DNA from: a virus | Length of the DNA stretch: 64,000 nt | IMG/VR virus record: IMGVR_UViG_3300029258_003546 | Coordinates: 16,000 to 79,999 of that record | Direction: 5' to 3' (one strand) | Shown: piece by piece, positions 37,704 to 46,917 of the stretch | Position numbering within the stretch: position 1 is the first letter of the stretch | Layout of the letters: the number at the start of each line of letters is the position of its first letter | Position numbers and translations under genes: made by a program | Notes under the pieces: model-generated | The model's input: only the letters and a program-made list of their open reading frames with translations | Database searches by the model: none | What the model was told of the DNA's origin: nothing

Positions 37704-37707
37704 TTCA

Positions 37708-37986
37708 ATGTACGCATCAGCGATGTTGAGACGTTGTTGTTTTACCAGAGGCACCAGCTTCTGCAATGCCAAGCTTGGGCGCAGGCTTGGAAGCCATTGC
37801 GGATTGTACGATACCGATACGCACAAGATCGCATCGTATGTGCCGACGGGTCTAGGCAGATCTTATCAGTTATCCAGATTCTCTATTGCAGCATACAAAA
37901 TCACATCGCGGCCTAATCTGAGCCGCACCTCGACCGGCTATGCATCAAGGTCGTTCACCCAGAGCACGCCAATTTCCTTTTGCTGA
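37708..37986 (+). CDS. Small Ser/Arg/Cys-rich family protein
   Basis: Composition; cluster member. Confidence 0.55.
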   Translation: MYASAMLRRCCFTRGTSFCNAKLGRRLGSHCGLYDTDTHKIASYVPTGLGRSYQLSRFSIAAYKITSRPNLSRTSTGYASRSFTQSTPISFC

Positions 37987-38029
37987 AAAGCAAAAGATCG
38001 GCGAACCTACACGTGCAAAGGAGGTCGGA

Positions 38030-38299
38030 ATGGTTGCTGCTGCGCTGGGAGCCTGCGTACATCGAAAGGCGACACGGAATACAAGTCTGCGACGCCGTTT
38101 TGGCTTATCGACGGGATGGGTGGTTTATAAGAGCTCCGTCAGTACCAGAGCAGGCAAGCGTCTAATCAGCTCGGCAGTACGGTACGATTTCGGCCACACA
38201 ACGGCTTTGCTTAGGCGGTCTGTTTCACAACACAGATCATGTACGGCCGGCCCCAGGGCCAGCCATTCAACGACCTGGTATCGGCCCTACTCAGCATGA
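38030..38299 (+). CDS. Small Ser/Arg-rich family protein
   Basis: MVAAALG leader; SD aaggaggt. Confidence 0.6.
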   Translation: MVAAALGACVHRKATRNTSLRRRFGLSTGWVVYKSSVSTRAGKRLISSAVRYDFGHTTALLRRSVSQHRSCTAGPRASHSTTWYRPYSA

Positions 38300-38347
38300 A
38301 ATGTACGACCGAGCTCGTTCTGCATGGTGTCGAGACAGCGTTGATTT

Positions 38348-38361
38348 TGCCAGGACTAGCA
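38348..38361. promoter_or_regulatory. Palindromic motif copy 4 (TGCcAG-GA-CTAGCA, one mismatch)
   Basis: Seen directly. Confidence 0.5.
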
Positions 38362-38390
38362 AAGTTCGGGTCGGCAGAGAGGTGGGTGTC

Positions 38391-38723
38391 ATGGTCGTAG
38401 CTGCAATGAGTACAGCTGCTCGAATCTTTGATTTCAATATCAGTCACTGCTCGGCTCTACAAAAGAGCATAGTGCCGAAGAGTGGATGCTCTGGCGGGCA
38501 GGGTTGGTCTGGTATTTCGGCATCGTCTTGTAAAGCTTCCAGTCGAGTAGTTTACCTCACCACTAGGTTTCACTCTGAAACCGCGTATGTGAGACTGGGA
38601 TTGGCCTCTAGGCTAGTGCGTTTCCAAATCAACTTTTCATCAACTCGGTCGAGTACGGGATATCGCACTGTTTCTATCTCGCCACATTATCATATCCTGT
38701 CTCAATCTCAAGATTCTTGCTAG
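38391..38723 (+). CDS. Small Ser-rich family protein
   Basis: MVVAAMS leader; stop codon inside motif copy 5. Confidence 0.55.
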   Translation: MVVAAMSTAARIFDFNISHCSALQKSIVPKSGCSGGQGWSGISASSCKASSRVVYLTTRFHSETAYVRLGLASRLVRFQINFSSTRSSTGYRTVSISPHYHILSQSQDSC

Positions 38724-38883
38724 GACTAGCAAATTCTCAATTCTTCGGGGGCAGAAGATGGATTTCTCCCTGATTCTCCCTGATTTGTACTATTTATTCT
38801 TACGCATGCGCCTACGCGTACTATAAAATCACCGGCGTCGTACCGAAATTTATTGGCATAAAACTGGCCTGTTTTCAGGTGGG

Positions 38884-38917
38884 TCATATAATACCCCCTA
38901 TAGGGGGTATTATATGA
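38884..38917. repeat. Perfect 34-bp palindrome
   Basis: tcatataatacccccta|tagggggtattatatga. Confidence 0.95.
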
Positions 38918-38957
38918 GGTTTCCCTGCGTTACAAATACATACCGCTCGAAAACCCC

Positions 38958-38995
38958 CACCTCATAAACCCCCCTATAGGGGGGTTTATGAGGTG
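38958..38995. repeat. Perfect 38-bp palindrome
   Basis: cacctcataaaccccccta|taggggggtttatgaggtg. Confidence 0.95.
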
Positions 38996-39104
38996 AAACT
39001 GTCCAAAATCAGGCATCTGACAATTTTTGTGTGGTTCGGCCATTCTGCTGCTTGATTTTGGCTCATTTGGGCCAGTTTGCTAGGACTAGCAAAATAGGAG
39101 AGGA

Positions 39105-39362
39105 GTGGTTGTTGTGCAAATCTTAGGGTGCTCGAAGCCGCCCTCGCGTTCGACGTCCAAATCGCGCGGAAGCGATTTTAGATCGTACAACAGATCGTTG
39201 GCTCAGAGTCGCCTCGCGTTTCCAGTGCTCCGCGGTAACGGCTACTCTTTCGGCAAGGCAAGATCGTGGACGAACGTGGCGAAAGGTGCTGCTTACTATT
39301 TCAGGTCTTGCATATCTTGCACACAGAGCTGCTACGAGTCGTACGAAACTAGAAGGGAGTAA
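39105..39362 (+). CDS. Small Ser/Arg-rich family protein
   Basis: SD aggag; SRSTSKSRGS. Confidence 0.55.
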   Translation: MVVVQILGCSKPPSRSTSKSRGSDFRSYNRSLAQSRLAFPVLRGNGYSFGKARSWTNVAKGAAYYFRSCISCTQSCYESYETRRE

Positions 39363-39366
39363 CAGC

Positions 39367-39684
39367 ATGCAGATTTTTGGAGTGCGGCATGGAGAGCGTC
39401 GGCCTCCATGCGCAAGCGGAATCAAGCGTGAGCGATCAGGTCGTTGTTTTAGCTATGCAAAGTATATTCACACTTCTAGTGGTGGTGGTGCGTTCCCACG
39501 CAGCGCCTGGTCGTCTGCTGTGCACGATGCTCGCGGACGTACATTGCATGAGTCGTCGTCCGGGTGCGCGGGTAGTGGTGGTGATCCACTACGTGCGGGT
39601 GTCAGCTCACGTATTCTTGGCGTATACTGTTCGTACACAAAGGATCCTCCTTCGTTTGGCCGCTACCGTGTAGCCAGAGTCTGA
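39367..39684 (+). CDS. Small Ser/Arg/Gly-rich family protein
   Basis: SD gggag. Confidence 0.55.
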   Translation: MQIFGVRHGERRPPCASGIKRERSGRCFSYAKYIHTSSGGGAFPRSAWSSAVHDARGRTLHESSSGCAGSGGDPLRAGVSSRILGVYCSYTKDPPSFGRYRVARV

Positions 39685-39702
39685 TTTCAAATTCAGCCAG
39701 GT

Positions 39703-39960
39703 ATGGAGTACGTCAGCATGATTTTGCTTGGACGTGTATCGGCAGCGTATATGAATTATGAAGGTCACACCTCGACATTTTGTAGCGGCTGGTCGAGCTG
39801 CCGTCTGAACACCTGCTCGTGGTGCGCCTGGAGCCGGCATTCGGCGGCTCAAAGTTCCAGCGGATACAGACGTGGAAGGCTTTTCTATACGTACAGGCGC
39901 GCTTCGGCCTCAGCTGCAGAGTCAGGACGCAGGATGTGTCAGGCTTCTGCGAATTCCTAG
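39703..39960 (+). CDS. Small Ser/Arg/Cys-rich family protein
   Basis: CSGWSSC..CSWCAWSR. Confidence 0.55.
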   Translation: MEYVSMILLGRVSAAYMNYEGHTSTFCSGWSSCRLNTCSWCAWSRHSAAQSSSGYRRGRLFYTYRRASASAAESGRRMCQASANS

Positions 39961-39990
39961 TAGGAAGAGTTCGGTAGGTGGAGACAGCGC

Positions 39991-40218
39991 ATGAATGCGT
40001 GTGTTGCCGTTGTTGGGCGTTCGGATTGGCGTTATGTACGTTTGCATAGCTGGAGAAGGTATTTGTCGGGCGCGAACAAAGTAAGCCGGATCTATGAGTG
40101 GTACAAGGACACACACTGTAGGCGTTCGTCAGCGGATTGCGCATACGCGTCTAAGAGCGGCGGCTCTGCCTGGTCTTCTACGCAGGAGCTGCAGTGTTCA
40201 GGGTTACTAGGTGAGTAA
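39991..40218 (+). CDS. Small Ser/Arg-rich family protein
   Basis: MNACVAVVG leader; SD ggag. Confidence 0.55.
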   Translation: MNACVAVVGRSDWRYVRLHSWRRYLSGANKVSRIYEWYKDTHCRRSSADCAYASKSGGSAWSSTQELQCSGLLGE

Positions 40219-40393
40219 AATGATCCCGATTGTTCCGAGGATGGTTTGTCAATTAGGATCTTTTGTTAACGGGTACAGAGTTGTTAGTTTTACCGGTGCC
40301 CGGAGCAAGAAATATCTTATCCAGTCTACCAGTGCGTGTGGTGCGTACAAATACGTGGATCACTCTACAGAATCAGCAGATTACAGGTGGTAG
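40211..40393 (+). CDS. Small family protein
   Basis: Overlap coupling. Confidence 0.45.
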   Translation: MSKMIPIVPRMVCQLGSFVNGYRVVSFTGARSKKYLIQSTSACGAYKYVDHSTESADYRW

Positions 40394-40430
40394 AGGGGGT
40401 TGCGATGTGTCGTCACCGGAGGAGCTTCAG

Positions 40431-40649
40431 ATGATCGCATTGCTGGCGGGTTTTCACAGCAAGTCGATTTACGAGACGTCGTTACGCGTTTCCAGCACAG
40501 ACACGTTGTTCGGATCAACGTCTTGGTTTTATTACAGGTCTGGTTCTCGCATGGCTGCCGGGGAGCTAAGGCATTTATCACTGTCCGGCCTGCAATCCAG
40601 GCCGCCTATTTTCAAATCTCGGTCATACGGGCGTGCGTATTCAAACTGA
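40431..40649 (+). CDS. Small Ser/Arg-rich family protein
   Basis: SD ggagga. Confidence 0.55.
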   Translation: MIALLAGFHSKSIYETSLRVSSTDTLFGSTSWFYYRSGSRMAAGELRHLSLSGLQSRPPIFKSRSYGRAYSN

Positions 40650-40668
40650 GCAGGGTTTGGAGAGTGTT

Positions 40669-40929
40669 GTGTTTAATACAGCGATGTTGTTTAACAGGCG
40701 ACAGGTGGGTCGGTCAAGATCATACGGATGGTGTGATAGTGGGATACAAAGAGATATACGAACCTGGGGTTCCGGCGCCACGACTAGAACTGACAGCCAC
40801 AAAATACGGTCCCGATCCTTTGGTCGAGTACGAGGACAGTTTTACGTCTATGCGATACCTACTTCTACATCTCGTTCTAACTATAGGGGCAAAAATAGGG
40901 CTGTGTACAGCAGCCGGGTGTCGCGGTGA
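40669..40929 (+). CDS. Small Ser/Arg-rich family protein
   Basis: GRSRSYG, RSRSFG, STSRS motifs. Confidence 0.55.
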   Translation: MFNTAMLFNRRQVGRSRSYGWCDSGIQRDIRTWGSGATTRTDSHKIRSRSFGRVRGQFYVYAIPTSTSRSNYRGKNRAVYSSRVSR

Positions 40930-40938
40930 GGTGCTAGG

Positions 40939-41175
40939 ATGAATGCTGTTATGTTGAAGCATACTGGTCATGCGTTGTGGCGTGTCAGTACGTCAAGGCA
41001 CTGTGCTGTCAGCGCCAGGCGGTCGTACGTTTGTCTAGACTATGGTACGCATTACGGAGGACTTATAGCTCGGTTCTCAGTGTCGGTGACTTGTAGCGGA
41101 ACGTGGCCTTTTTTCAGATCGATAGGTGCTACGTACGGGTGCTCTTTTGCTGACATGTCCATGATGCAGCTGTGA
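40939..41175 (+). CDS. Small Ser/Arg-rich family protein
   Basis: MNAVMLKHTG leader; SD gaggt. Confidence 0.6.
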   Translation: MNAVMLKHTGHALWRVSTSRHCAVSARRSYVCLDYGTHYGGLIARFSVSVTCSGTWPFFRSIGATYGCSFADMSMMQL

Positions 41176-41193
41176 GCTGACAAGGAGGCCCGC

Positions 41194-41391
41194 ATGCTTT
41201 TGTTCAACAGGACGAATGTGATTACTACCAGGCTAGTCATAAGCCAGAACTTGAACTACGAGTCTACTAGCGGCGGTCAATCATGTTTGTGCGACTATAG
41301 TTGTTCTGAAGATGGCAGGCTTCATGGTGTTGTGTGCAGCAGAAGCTGTACAGGCGACGGCACTCGTCACTGGATATCGGTTGATGGCTGA
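41194..41391 (+). CDS. Small Ser/Cys-rich family protein
   Basis: SD aaggagg. Confidence 0.55.
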   Translation: MLLFNRTNVITTRLVISQNLNYESTSGGQSCLCDYSCSEDGRLHGVVCSRSCTGDGTRHWISVDG

Positions 41392-41417
41392 GTACATAGG
41401 ATGACGATGACTGGTGT

Positions 41418-41431
41418 TGCTAGGACTAGCA
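41418..41431. promoter_or_regulatory. Palindromic motif copy 7
   Basis: ttgctaggactagcaa. Confidence 0.6.
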
Positions 41432-41452
41432 AATTTAGTGAGAGGATGTTCA

Positions 41453-42040
41453 ATGCGTTCAGACGATCTGGACCCAAACAAGACGTTTGAGGTGGTAGAA
41501 TTGCGCGAGAATGATCCTATTTTGGACGTAGACAGCGGAATAGGCAGGGATCCATTTGAGCGCGAGCGGTCTGAGCCGGATGTGTCAGGCAGGCCTGTCA
41601 GGTCTGTCAGGTCTGCTGGTGCTCCTGATAAGGAGCCTGAGCAGAAGCTGGAAAGTACACCGGAGCCAGAGGTTCCTCCGGCATCTAGGTCGGTGAGTGA
41701 GAAGGAACATATGCAGATAACATTTGTCAAACCGGTGCTGGGTGCGGTGACGGTCGAATGTGCTCAGATGATAGTACATGATCTGTTCGTGGTGGTTGTA
41801 TACGATGCGAGCTGTCCTTCCAGGTGGATACCTGAAGCCGCCACTACTAGAGAGCAGGCCGAGTCGGCTGGTATGTCAGAAGCTGTGTTTGCGATTGTCA
41901 ATGCTCCTTATACGCTAAAGTTTACTCCTGCTGATGCGGATGAGCAGACGCTACAGGTTGTGCATGTGGGAATCTCATTTCGTCTAGAGGCCGGTGACGG
42001 CGAATTGGAGCTGTTGGTTTTACCGCGGGTGCTGACATGA
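41453..42040 (+). CDS. Hypothetical protein
   Basis: ~195 aa. Confidence 0.7.
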   Translation: MRSDDLDPNKTFEVVELRENDPILDVDSGIGRDPFERERSEPDVSGRPVRSVRSAGAPDKEPEQKLESTPEPEVPPASRSVSEKEHMQITFVKPVLGAVTVECAQMIVHDLFVVVVYDASCPSRWIPEAATTREQAESAGMSEAVFAIVNAPYTLKFTPADADEQTLQVVHVGISFRLEAGDGELELLVLPRVLT

Positions 42041-42258
42041 ACATGGTGATCTTCTTGGAAGGCGGCGTGATTTCGTCGATTCTGGTGGATTCGGTGGAGC
42101 CGTTGGTTAACGTGTTGGTGTTAGATGCTGATATCATCGAGGATCCGGTGATAGTGGTTAACAGCCTGGAATACGGGTGTTACGAGATCGAATGCGCAGA
42201 CGAGGCTGTTGCCGTGAACGATGTATTCAACCTTTACTGGGAGGCTCGTGATGGCTAA
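42037..42258 (+). CDS. Small acidic hypothetical protein
   Basis: ATGA overlap. Confidence 0.6.
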   Translation: MNMVIFLEGGVISSILVDSVEPLVNVLVLDADIIEDPVIVVNSLEYGCYEIECADEAVAVNDVFNLYWEARDG

Positions 42259-42559
42259 GGCAAGCAAGGCCACAGGGAAGGCTGCCAGGGCGGTGAGGCG
42301 CATTAGCCGCTTAATAGAGTTTGATCGAGTGTTGACGGCTTATAAGGCCGATTCTAAATATCAGGTCTACTTGGAGTTGACGTATGCTCCGGAAACGACA
42401 GCTTGCGAGTACGATGTAGCTAAATATTCAATCTGGTTGTGTACGGCTGACAGTGATGATATGCTGTACGACATGGCAAAACGCATGGAATCTCGTTTGG
42501 TCATAAACGGGAAGGACGTGACCGGAATGTGGCAGCTGCACTTGAGGCTTTGTGGTTGA
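42251..42559 (+). CDS. Hypothetical protein
   Basis: Coupled ORF. Confidence 0.6.
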   Translation: MAKASKATGKAARAVRRISRLIEFDRVLTAYKADSKYQVYLELTYAPETTACEYDVAKYSIWLCTADSDDMLYDMAKRMESRLVINGKDVTGMWQLHLRLCG

Positions 42560-43629
42560 AGGTCTTTATCAAGGTTCCCAATATCGTACTGTCGGGCGGC
42601 ATAAAGGTGGCGTTTCAGCTGGCCCGGCTTTTCCTCGACAAAGGGCACGAGGCGTTTGTTTGCACACCTGACGGCGCCAGGCGCAGGGCCAATTACTTTT
42701 TGCGGGCTAGATCTGTACCGATTATTCCTCTGCGGAAGGTGCCGGAGATGAGCGGACCTTCCGATCTCAGCATAGACAACTGGCCGAGCAGTCAGATGCG
42801 GAGCATATCTAATCGAACGAAAGGCTTCCGTGTCTTCTATTCACAGGGCTGCTCCAACTACAATTCATCTTTCCGTAAGGGTTTTGATGTCAGCTACTTA
42901 GACAGGCCTAACGGGTGGGGCATTGATATGGGCTGGGCTGTCAGCCAGCCCTCGCTAGCTTGGTTGCGCAAGGCTCATCCTACGCAGGGCTGGTATTACG
43001 TGCCGCCTTACTTTGAGCACGCGTGTATGGCTGAGCTTTGCAAGGATGCGCCCGCGCCCAGCTCCAGTTCGGTATTAACATACGATCACAAAGGTCGGCC
43101 GTACTGGCACCGTATTTACGATACGTATCGTCAGCGCCAGTTCCCCGCAGGCACGGTTACGTTTGGCCGCATCAAGCGTCCTATGTCCGAGATGGACGTG
43201 TACCGAATGTGTTGTCGCTACGGCATTTTCTTGGCTACTGCGGATGATCCCAGGTGCGGCTCGAATCAATATGACGGGCCTGGCGGCGTAAATGGTAGCG
43301 GGCATAATCGCATGGAAGGGTTTCCTTTGCCTCCAGCTGAAGCCGCGTTGCTAGGTTGTTGTGTTGCAGGCTGGGCGATGGGTGGTGGTCGTGAGTGGAT
43401 GGATAGTACGTCCTGCTTCCTAGCGGCTGACCCGGATTACAGGGCTGGTCACAGGTTTGATCAGGTGGCATATGCTGGCCTGTGCAAGGTTCTTGAGGAC
43501 GCGCTGAACGCTGACGGGTCTGTGCGTGCTGCAAAGGTTGCAGCGGCCAGGAAGAAGTTGAGTCGGTTCACAGCAGAGCATACATGGCATCACGTCGAGG
43601 TGGCGCTGAAATCGGCAGGTGTACTGTGA
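42529..43629 (+). CDS. GT-B (GT4-like) glycosyltransferase (likely start ~42556)
   Basis: SGGIKV..LA..GHE; EGFPLPPAEAALLGC; GGREW. Confidence 0.8.
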   Translation: MAAALEALWLKVFIKVPNIVLSGGIKVAFQLARLFLDKGHEAFVCTPDGARRRANYFLRARSVPIIPLRKVPEMSGPSDLSIDNWPSSQMRSISNRTKGFRVFYSQGCSNYNSSFRKGFDVSYLDRPNGWGIDMGWAVSQPSLAWLRKAHPTQGWYYVPPYFEHACMAELCKDAPAPSSSSVLTYDHKGRPYWHRIYDTYRQRQFPAGTVTFGRIKRPMSEMDVYRMCCRYGIFLATADDPRCGSNQYDGPGGVNGSGHNRMEGFPLPPAEAALLGCCVAGWAMGGGREWMDSTSCFLAADPDYRAGHRFDQVAYAGLCKVLEDALNADGSVRAAKVAAARKKLSRFTAEHTWHHVEVALKSAGVL

Positions 43630-44215
43630 TCAAGCTATCTATTGCTACCTGTGTGAAGAATCGGTTTGAGCATTTCAAGCAGATGGTGCGGATCAGGGCG
43701 ATTTGGAGCTGGTGGTAACAGACTTCATATCGGATGACGGCGACTATGCAGCGGTCTTGCAAGAGGCCAGCGTGGAAACCGTATATTTGCGGGTGCCTAT
43801 TCCCTTCCTGCAGTCCAGAGGTTTGAACACCTCGTTCCATGTGGCTTCTGGTCCGGTGGTGTTTTTCTGTGATTGTGATATTCTACTGTCACGCGAGTTT
43901 ATTGATCGGCTGTTAAGCGTGGTCAAGCCTGGTGTGGCTTATTTTCCTATCTGCTGGGCTTCGCCGTCTTCCGGGTCTACGAAGTGGTACTGGCGCACCG
44001 GAGCTTATGGCTTGTGCGCTTTTACGAAGCCTGATTTTCTGCGCTTCGGGCCGTGGAATGAAAAGGCTGCGACATGGGGTTATATAGACAATCAGTTGTT
44101 GGCTAAGTGTAAAGGTTCCATAAAAATAGTCAGGGAGAAGGTGCCGGATTTGGTGCACATGTGGCATCCGCACACGAAGACGGATGTGAACTGGTATTAT
44201 GGAGGTCTAAGATGA
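43626..44215 (+). pseudogene. GT2/GT7-like glycosyltransferase with a frameshift near 43690
   Basis: N-terminus VIKLSIATCVKNR is out of frame with ELVVTDF.SDD, FCDCD, WGYID, HMWH; ~16 nt missing relative to copy 2. Confidence 0.65.
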
Positions 44216-44364
44216 AGTTTTTTATCATAACCGTGTGCAGGGATGGTGCCAAGTTTTTGCCACAATGCGTCGGCAGCGTGCTGAGTCAAGCTCGTGCCGA
44301 TTGGACCATGGACAAGGCTTTTTATCTGCTCGAGGTGGCGCTGAAATCGGCAGGTGTACTGTGA
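44212..44364 (+). pseudogene. Chimeric remnant: GT2-rSAM N-terminus fused to a GT4 C-terminus
   Basis: MKFFIITVCRDGAKFLPQCVGSVL + EVALKSAGVL. Confidence 0.65.
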
Positions 44365-44543
44365 TCAAGCTATCTATTGCTACCTGTGTGAAGAATCGGT
44401 TTTCCTACTTCCAGCAGATGGTGAGGTTCATCGACGAAGCGGATCAGCGGGTGATAAGGGAACGCAGCTCTGGACTCGTGCACATGTGGCATGATCCTGC
44501 TAGAGCGGCTAAAGACAAGTACTATCGTGGAGGGATTAGGTAG
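44361..44543 (+). pseudogene. Internally deleted GT2 paralog
   Basis: VIKLSIATCVKNRF..DEADQ joined directly to ..GLVHMWH..YYRGG. Confidence 0.65.
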
Positions 44544-46342
44544 TGTTCTTCATTGTTACAGCGTGCAGGGATTGTGCTAAGTTTTTGCCGGAATGTGTGG
44601 GTAGTGTGTTGAAGCAGCGCCGTATTGACTGGCGGATGTGCATAGCGGTTGACGATGTTGGAAGTGATGTTGGCGCTGCTACTCTGCGCGTAGCGCGAAA
44701 ATTGGCGGAGCAATCACCACGGATATTAGTGATTTCTAACCAGGACAGGCTGCATGCGCTGCGGACACGCGTGGACGCGATCGACAGATTTTGCCCACAC
44801 GATGCTATAGTAGTAAAGCTGGATGGAGATGATTACCTCTATGACAGCGAAGTATTGTCGGTACTGGCCAAAGAGTATACTGATCCGGAGATGGATGCGG
44901 TATGGACGCAGTTCGTAACCGTGGCTGGAAAGAAGGGGTTTTGTGGGCCTCTCCCGGAAAATGCTAATCCCGCTTCCCACAAATGGGTCTCGTCACACTT
45001 ACAGACGTTTCGTAAGCGTGCGTTGTGGGGGGTGAGGCGAGAATGCTTTGTCGATAATGCTGGCAAATGGTGGTCTCATGCTACTGATCAGGCGCTATAC
45101 TTGCCTATCCTAGCGGTTGCGCGCAAGAGGAGGTTCGTCGATAAGGTTTGCTACGTGTACCGGGTTCGTGGGACTGACAATACTCGCGCTGCGCAGAATA
45201 AGACGGCTGCGGAGATACGCAGCAAGATTAAAACTTCATTGGTCTTTGCCAGAAAAAACGTATTATTTATGATAAGCGGACCAGGGAGGGCGAGGGACGC
45301 GCGCCTCTACTACAACGAGAAGCGGCCGTTTCTCGGCGTGTTGAACATGTCGTCGCATTTGCGCGCTAGAGGGCATCGTGTTCGGTTGGTTGACAGGCAC
45401 CTGAAACCAGCTTGGTTCCCGTCTGACGAGATCTTGTTGGACTGGGCTGACATAGTCGGGATATACATCTCTACTCCTGCTAAAAATGACGGATGTGCGC
45501 TGATCAAGGATGTCAGGGATAAGGGTTTCGGCGGACCTGTGTATACTGGTGGGCCGCATAGTGTGCTGCATCCAGAAGCGGTCAGGTCTGCCGGTGCTGA
45601 TTTTGTGAGTACATTTGAGGCTGACTATGCAATATCTCGGCTAGTAGAAACAGGGAGTGCTGCTCCCTCCGGCAAGAGGGTGCTCGATCTAGACAGCTTG
45701 CCGTTTCCTGACTATGCGTTGGTGAAGGAGCAAGGGCTCTCTTATACAGCCAAGTGGCCGTATGACGGTACAGCCCCCGTGATGAGTCTCAACTCATCAC
45801 GCAGCTGTCCATATAGCTGCGCATTTTGCGAGACGCGTAGGATATGGGGCAGGGAGTGGTACGCACAGAGTCCACAGAGGATGCTGCTGGATGCGGATTA
45901 TATGTATCGGAAGTACCGGCCCAAGGGAATTTACTACAGGGAATCGAATTTTGGTTGTAATCGAACTAGGGTGACCATGTTCTGCGACTTACTCAAAAAG
46001 CACGGGCCAGATGTGAGGTGGGCCTGTGAAATACGTGCCGACAGGGTGTGCGATGAGTCTTTGGTATCTAAGATGTCTGAGGCCGGTTGTAGGGGGTTTT
46101 ATATTGGGGCCGAGGCTGCGACTGATAGGTTGCTTAAGCAGATGAATAAAGGCATTACTGTGGCGCAGATTCGCAAGGCCTGTAAGAATGCGTCCAAGTA
46201 CGGGGTGAAGGTAGCCTTGAGTTTTGTGACGGACTTTCCTGGGGAGACGCAGGAGGATATCAAGGCCCGGGCTGTTCTGATCAAGGGTGTGCAGAAAGCG
46301 GTACACTGGTGCAATAAGTACCGTGCTACGTCTGATTTCTAG
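44543..46342 (+). CDS. GT2 domain fused to a B12-binding radical SAM domain
   Basis: GT2 VDD.GSD, KLDGDD, SHLQTFR; GGPH; SRSCPYSCAFC; IGAEA; FPGET. Confidence 0.85.
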   Translation: MFFIVTACRDCAKFLPECVGSVLKQRRIDWRMCIAVDDVGSDVGAATLRVARKLAEQSPRILVISNQDRLHALRTRVDAIDRFCPHDAIVVKLDGDDYLYDSEVLSVLAKEYTDPEMDAVWTQFVTVAGKKGFCGPLPENANPASHKWVSSHLQTFRKRALWGVRRECFVDNAGKWWSHATDQALYLPILAVARKRRFVDKVCYVYRVRGTDNTRAAQNKTAAEIRSKIKTSLVFARKNVLFMISGPGRARDARLYYNEKRPFLGVLNMSSHLRARGHRVRLVDRHLKPAWFPSDEILLDWADIVGIYISTPAKNDGCALIKDVRDKGFGGPVYTGGPHSVLHPEAVRSAGADFVSTFEADYAISRLVETGSAAPSGKRVLDLDSLPFPDYALVKEQGLSYTAKWPYDGTAPVMSLNSSRSCPYSCAFCETRRIWGREWYAQSPQRMLLDADYMYRKYRPKGIYYRESNFGCNRTRVTMFCDLLKKHGPDVRWACEIRADRVCDESLVSKMSEAGCRGFYIGAEAATDRLLKQMNKGITVAQIRKACKNASKYGVKVALSFVTDFPGETQEDIKARAVLIKGVQKAVHWCNKYRATSDF

Positions 46343-46359
46343 AGTAGGAGGTTGTTTTA

Positions 46360-46917
46360 ATGGGTGAGAAGCAGGTGGTAGGGCAGAGCCGCTTGTTGAA
46401 AGCGGACTTTCCGGCGCTGCTGGCAAACCTACCCTCGACCGGCAGGGTGGCTGAGATCGGAACTTGGCAGGGAAATTCTGTAGCTCGTTTAGCGAGATCG
46501 AGGCCCGATCTTGAATTCGTGTGTATTGATACGTTTGCGGTTCTGCCGGAGTATGACCAGCTGCAAGAGCGGAAGCCTGCACAGCGCATGGCGCTGTGGT
46601 TCGAAAATAAAAGGCCGAACATGACGTTGTTTGTGGGCGACACAAGTAAGTGGTCGGAGCTCAGATTGGGGGGCTGGTTTGGTTTAATCATTATAGACGG
46701 AGAGCACTCTCGTGCGGCGGTGAGGCAAGATATGTGTTGGGCTTCAGAGCATCTAACAAATGATGGGCGGATTCTGCTGCACGACTGGAAACGCGAAGTT
46801 ATTCGTGCGGGCTTTTCGGATTGTGGCGCTGCGGAGATTACAGGTACTCCTTCTGGGTGGGGCCTAGCCCAGTTGAAGTGCGAGTATAGGAGAGGCAGAC
46901 AGCTGGAAGATCGATGA
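46360..46917 (+). CDS. Class I SAM methyltransferase (Methyltransf_24-like)
   Basis: AEIGTWQGNS, CIDTF, IIDGEHS, LLHDW. Confidence 0.8.
   Translation: MGEKQVVGQSRLLKADFPALLANLPSTGRVAEIGTWQGNSVARLARSRPDLEFVCIDTFAVLPEYDQLQERKPAQRMALWFENKRPNMTLFVGDTSKWSELRLGGWFGLIIIDGEHSRAAVRQDMCWASEHLTNDGRILLHDWKREVIRAGFSDCGAAEITGTPSGWGLAQLKCEYRRGRQLEDR

Larger units (their letters stand above)
38718..39091. other. Non-coding island, candidate replication origin, bounded by motif copies 5 (38718-38731) and 6 (39078-39091)
   Basis: Longest ORF-free stretch; two perfect palindromes; ttctccctga tandem; apparent skew switch. Confidence 0.55.
43595..44402 (+). repeat. 73-bp perfect direct repeat (43595-43667 and 44330-44402)
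   Basis: tcgaggtggcgctgaaatcgg...gtgaagaatcggttt identical in both copies. Confidence 0.95.

Noticed and set aside
6773-41391. Diversity-generating retroelement as the source of small-ORF variation
   Set aside because: No reverse transcriptase and no TR/VR pair with adenine-only mismatches in the window.
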